Shown: piece after piece, positions 6,599 to 10,294 of the stretch
How the letters are laid out: every line of letters starts with the position of its first letter
Numbering within the stretch: position 1 is the first letter of the stretch
Origin: Gemmatimonadota bacterium
GTDB lineage: Bacteria; Gemmatimonadota; Gemmatimonadetes; Palauibacterales; Palauibacteraceae
Length of the DNA: 10,294 nt
Direction: 5' to 3'
Assembly (NCBI GenBank): GCA_039588275.1
Contig: JBDHAC010000085.1
Span: forward strand, 1-10,294
Notes under the pieces: generated by a model
What the model was told of the DNA's origin: nothing
What the model saw: the letters and a program-made list of their open reading frames with translations, nothing else
Databases searched by the model: none
Program-made: the position numbers and the translations under genes

Positions 6599-7060
6599 GT
6601 GAGCTTGGACGTCAAGCCGCGGGGAAGCCGAAAAGCCACGATCCGGTGCCCATTCTGCCTGACGCTGAACCGCGTAAATGTGGGGAGAGCCGCTGATCGG
6701 CCGAAGTGCGGCGATTGCTCCCGACCCTTGCTGCTCGACCGCCCCGTCAAGGTGACCGATGAGGACTTTGATCGGCTGATCGGTGAGGCCGAGGTTCCCG
6801 TCGTAGTCGATTTTCACGCCGACTGGTGTGGGCCGTGCAAGGTCATGGCCCCCGCACTGGACGACCTCGCGCGTGTGAAGTCGGGCGATCTCATCCTCGC
6901 AAAGCTCGACACCGATGCAAACCCGCAAACCGCGCAGCGCTTCGGGATTCGCGGCATCCCGACCTTGATCCTGTTTGATGGCGGTGAGGAATCGAAACGG
7001 ATCAGTGGAGCCGTCCCTTACGATCAGCTGCTCGCATTCGTGGAGGAGCGCGAAGGCTGA
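6599..7060 (+). CDS. trxC: Thioredoxin 2 (zinc-finger thioredoxin)
   Basis: GGAGG 7 nt before GTG 6599; N-terminal CPFC...NRV...CGDC zinc finger, WCGPC active site and GIPT cis-Pro loop. Confidence 0.92.
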   Translation: MSLDVKPRGSRKATIRCPFCLTLNRVNVGRAADRPKCGDCSRPLLLDRPVKVTDEDFDRLIGEAEVPVVVDFHADWCGPCKVMAPALDDLARVKSGDLILAKLDTDANPQTAQRFGIRGIPTLILFDGGEESKRISGAVPYDQLLAFVEEREG

Positions 7061-7193
7061 ACGGCCCACGACGGGCCCCCGAAGCCAACCCCGGCCGCGC
7101 CCCGAACGTCTCAATGCCGTACGCAAGCCAAGCACCGGATCGAGGATTCGCGCTCGGACACCGGCGTACATAGCCCGCCCGTTAAGGAGAACG

Positions 7194-8327
7194 ATGGAAG
7201 CGATATTCAGACAACTGACCGTCACCGGCGCGATCGCTTTGGTACTGACGAGTGCTCCGGCTTGTGTCACAGCGAGCGTGTCGGGCAACCCCGCGTCCGA
7301 TCCGCTAGCTCGCGGCGCAGTCGAGCGTCCGGCGGACGGGCCCTACGTGTACGTCGCGAACCAGGGGGCGGCTACCGTCACGGTCATCGACGCAGGCGAC
7401 GGGTCAATCGTGGCGGTGATCCGTCTCGAAGAGCTCGGGTTCGGACCCAACGCGCGACCACACCACGTGGCGGTAGAGCCCGACGGATCCTTCTGGTACG
7501 TGTCGCTGATCGGCGAGAACCGCGTTCTCAAGTTCGATCGAGACAACCGGCTCGTGAGCTCACTCGAGTTCGAGCGACCGGGGATGCTGGCGGTTCATCC
7601 CACGGAGGACCTGCTGGTCGTCGGACGCTCCATGGCTGCCGTGAACCCGCCCCAACGAATCGGAATGGTGCGGCGCTCGACGATGGAGGTGGAGGAGATC
7701 GACGTCTTCGTTCCGCGCCCGCACTCGATGGCGGTGAGCTCGGATGGACGCTGGGTGTTCACCTCGAGCCTGGCCGAGAACACCATCGTCGCAGTCGATA
7801 TCGAGAGCGGCGAGGCCGAGTTGACGAGGCTCGGCGGCGAGGAGCCACACGTCTTCGTTCAGTTCGCCCTGTCTCCCGATGGGAGTACGCTGGTCGCGAC
7901 CGCGCAGATATCGGGGAAGCTCCTGGTGTTCGACGTGAGCGACGCACCCGAGGTTCGGCTGGTGCGCGAGATCGAGGTGAATCCGGAGCCGTGGCACCCC
8001 GCCTATTCTCCGGACGGCCGGTTCGTGTATTTCGGGAACCTCGGTGCCAACACGGTTACGGTGGTGGACGCGGAGAGCTGGTCGGTGGCGAGAGTGATCT
8101 CGGGCGAAGGGCTCTCGGAGCCTCACGGGATCGCGCTCACGCCGGACGGCGGACGGCTATTCGTGTCCAACCGCAACGTGAAGGGGGCTTACGAGGCCAC
8201 CGAGGCGCTCGGTTTCGATGAGCCAAACGGCACGATCGCCGTCATCGACCCGGCAACCGGGCGGATCCTGAACATCATCGAGGTCGCCCCCTACGCCGCG
8301 GGTCTCGGGGTAGCTGCGCCGCGGTGA
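7194..8327 (+). CDS. YncE/YVTN-family beta-propeller, exported (possible lipoprotein)
   Basis: AAGGAG before ATG 7194; hydrophobic signal ending SAPAC; repeats such as YVYVANQGAATVTVID, SPDGRFVY and PHGIALTPDGGRLFVSN. Confidence 0.88.
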   Translation: MEAIFRQLTVTGAIALVLTSAPACVTASVSGNPASDPLARGAVERPADGPYVYVANQGAATVTVIDAGDGSIVAVIRLEELGFGPNARPHHVAVEPDGSFWYVSLIGENRVLKFDRDNRLVSSLEFERPGMLAVHPTEDLLVVGRSMAAVNPPQRIGMVRRSTMEVEEIDVFVPRPHSMAVSSDGRWVFTSSLAENTIVAVDIESGEAELTRLGGEEPHVFVQFALSPDGSTLVATAQISGKLLVFDVSDAPEVRLVREIEVNPEPWHPAYSPDGRFVYFGNLGANTVTVVDAESWSVARVISGEGLSEPHGIALTPDGGRLFVSNRNVKGAYEATEALGFDEPNGTIAVIDPATGRILNIIEVAPYAAGLGVAAPR

Positions 8328-10183
8328 GGAGCCCCTCGGCACCCATCCGCGCCGCGGCCCTCTTCGGCCTGTCGTGGCTCGGCGCCGCGTGCGCCCCCGC
8401 CTCCCAAAGGGCATCCGCCACCCCCGGAGCGGCGGACGACGTGGAGGGCGGCTTCCGTCGCCGCGTGCACGCGATCCCGGTCGTAGACGATGCCGGCAGC
8501 GCCTACGCACTCCCCTTCCTGGGAGGCTTCAACGTCCCCCGACCGCAGTGGGTCGACATCGACGCGGATGGAGATCTCGACGTCTTCATCCAGGAGACCA
8601 CGAATCGGCTCCTTTTCTTCGAGCATACGGGAACCCCGACCGAGCCGCGCTTGACCTGGCGACCGAACCGGTTTCGAGATCTACAGGTAGGTGAGTGGTA
8701 CAGGTTCGTGGATGTGGATCGGGATGGCGATCCGGACCTGCTCGCGGAGGAGCCGTTCAGCTACATGCGCCTGTATCGCAACGTGGGGTCCCCCGCCCGC
8801 CCGGAGTTCGTTCTCGCCGCCGACACGCTACGCGACAGCTCCGGCGACGCCATCTTCTCGGACCGGCAGAACATCCCCAACGCCGCGGACATCGACTGCG
8901 ATGAGTTGCTGGATTTGTTCATCGGTCGGCTCGTCGGCACGGTGACGCGCTACGAGGCCACGGGCGAGATCGGGGAGGACGTGTCGCCGTTCCGTCACGT
9001 GACCGACGACTTCGAGGACATCGAGATCGTCGCCACTTTCGGCTCCCTGCACGGGGCGAACACGATGGCCCTGGCGGATGTGGACGCGGATGGCGACGTG
9101 GACATGTTCTGGGGGGACTTCTTCGAGGCGGGGCTCCTGTTCATCGAGAACACCGGGACCTGCGGCGCCCCCAACCTGCGCACCGCACCGCTCCCCTTCC
9201 CCCTCGATGATCCGATCCGAACCAGCGGCTACAACGCGCCCACATTCGGCGATGCCGATGGGGATGGCGATCTCGACCTCCTGATGGGCGTGCTGGGTGG
9301 CGCGTACAACGCGAACCGCACGACCGCGGATAACCTCCTTCATCTCGAGCAGGCCGACGGCGGTTTCGAGCTCCGTAGCTCGCGCTACATCTCGCAAATC
9401 GATGTGGGGAGCGAGAGCTATCCGGCCTTCCTGGATCTCGACGGTGACCGAGATCTCGACCTGCTGCTCGCGAACAAGATCGATCCGGACGACCTGAACA
9501 CTTCGGTGGTGTATCGATTCGAAAACGTGGGCGATCCCGCGCGGCCGTCGCTCCGGCTCCGCGGCCCGTTCGATATCGGAGGCGCATACCACAACGCGCC
9601 GGCATTCGGTGACCTGGACGCCGACGGGGACCTGGACCTGGTCCTCGGCACGTGGCGCAAGCACCTGGAATACCTCCGCAACGACGGGACGGCGGCCGAG
9701 CCCCGCTTCGTCCGGGCCGATTCGGCCATCGTCGTCCTCACGCGCGGGAGCAACTCCACGCCCGCTCTCGTGGACATCGACGCCGATGGCGACCTGGACC
9801 TGTTCGTGGGCGAGTCCTCAGGTACGCTCAACTTCTATCGAAACGAGGGTAGCGCCGCGGCCCCGCGGTTCGAGCTCGTCAGCGACGAGTACCTCGACAT
9901 CGATGTAGGACGCCGAAGCGTACCCGCGTTCCTGGATATCGAGGGGGACGGAGATCAGGACCTCGTGCTGGGATCGGAAATCGGGGGGCTGTTGTTCTAC
10001 AGAAACGATGGGAGGCCCGCAGAGGCTCGATTCGTGGAGGCCGAGTCGCCGTTCCCGGGTGCCGAAGACCTGCCGACCTTCGCCGTGCCCGCCTTCGCGG
10101 ACATCGATGCGGATGGGGACCTTGACCTGTTCGTGGGGGGGAACGGCGGCGGCCTGTACTTCTTCGAGAACGTCGGTCGGTGA
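8324..10183 (+). CDS. FG-GAP/VCBS-like repeat lipoprotein (Ca-binding beta-propeller)
   Basis: GTGA overlap with the upstream stop; signal ending LGAAC; ten DxDxDGDxD-type repeats. Confidence 0.9.
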   Translation: MRSPSAPIRAAALFGLSWLGAACAPASQRASATPGAADDVEGGFRRRVHAIPVVDDAGSAYALPFLGGFNVPRPQWVDIDADGDLDVFIQETTNRLLFFEHTGTPTEPRLTWRPNRFRDLQVGEWYRFVDVDRDGDPDLLAEEPFSYMRLYRNVGSPARPEFVLAADTLRDSSGDAIFSDRQNIPNAADIDCDELLDLFIGRLVGTVTRYEATGEIGEDVSPFRHVTDDFEDIEIVATFGSLHGANTMALADVDADGDVDMFWGDFFEAGLLFIENTGTCGAPNLRTAPLPFPLDDPIRTSGYNAPTFGDADGDGDLDLLMGVLGGAYNANRTTADNLLHLEQADGGFELRSSRYISQIDVGSESYPAFLDLDGDRDLDLLLANKIDPDDLNTSVVYRFENVGDPARPSLRLRGPFDIGGAYHNAPAFGDLDADGDLDLVLGTWRKHLEYLRNDGTAAEPRFVRADSAIVVLTRGSNSTPALVDIDADGDLDLFVGESSGTLNFYRNEGSAAAPRFELVSDEYLDIDVGRRSVPAFLDIEGDGDQDLVLGSEIGGLLFYRNDGRPAEARFVEAESPFPGAEDLPTFAVPAFADIDADGDLDLFVGGNGGGLYFFENVGR

Positions 10184-10277
10184 AAGGCGAAACAACCCCC
10201 GGCCCTCTTCCGAACTCTAATAACGAAATGGAGCCAAGGCTCCGGACGTGGCAAGGACCCATGCAACGAGGTGCAGT

Positions 10278-10294
10278 ATGAGGAGAGCCGTATA
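10278..10294 (+). CDS. Probable start of next gene (MRRAV...), truncated by window edge
   Basis: GAGGT at 10268-10272 precedes ATG 10278; the basic N-terminus is compatible with a signal peptide. Confidence 0.4.

Noticed and set aside
1207..9664. Long alternative-frame ORFs (1207-2565, 2490-3467, 4703-5467, 5789-7288, 7262-8221, 8828-9664)
   Set aside because: Arg/Gly/Pro-rich or antisense shadows typical of high-GC DNA, overlapping better-supported genes.
8548..10140. Recurring GAC-rich DNA repeats as a CRISPR or tandem array
   Set aside because: They encode the DxDxDGDxD protein repeats and vary at synonymous positions.
10249..10265. Sigma54 promoter TGGCAAGGACCCATGCA
   Set aside because: GG-to-GC spacing is one base too long for the strict -24/-12 geometry.

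Overview
GC-rich bacterial DNA; the protein styles suggest Gemmatimonadota, which is inference only. The flanks look like host genes. Left: a partial secreted Gly/Asp/Ser-rich protein (PEP-CTERM-like, absent from the ORF track), a small lipoprotein, a PilX-like gene and a YbfF-like hydrolase. Right: a YheT hydrolase, thioredoxin TrxC, a YncE/YVTN propeller and an FG-GAP repeat lipoprotein. In the middle sits a ~2.07-kb integrative element bounded by an exact 13-bp direct repeat CGTCGAATGCCAT (3445-3457 and 5519-5531). The repeat contains the yheT start codon, so the insertion separates yheT from its apparent original RBS. The element carries a catalytic-domain-only tyrosine recombinase, an unlisted 34-aa membrane peptide, a DUF5763-like protein and a DUF4242 gene. 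It also has three tandem CGGCACA-type sites, two of which form a 20-bp inverted repeat around the DUF4242 gene.
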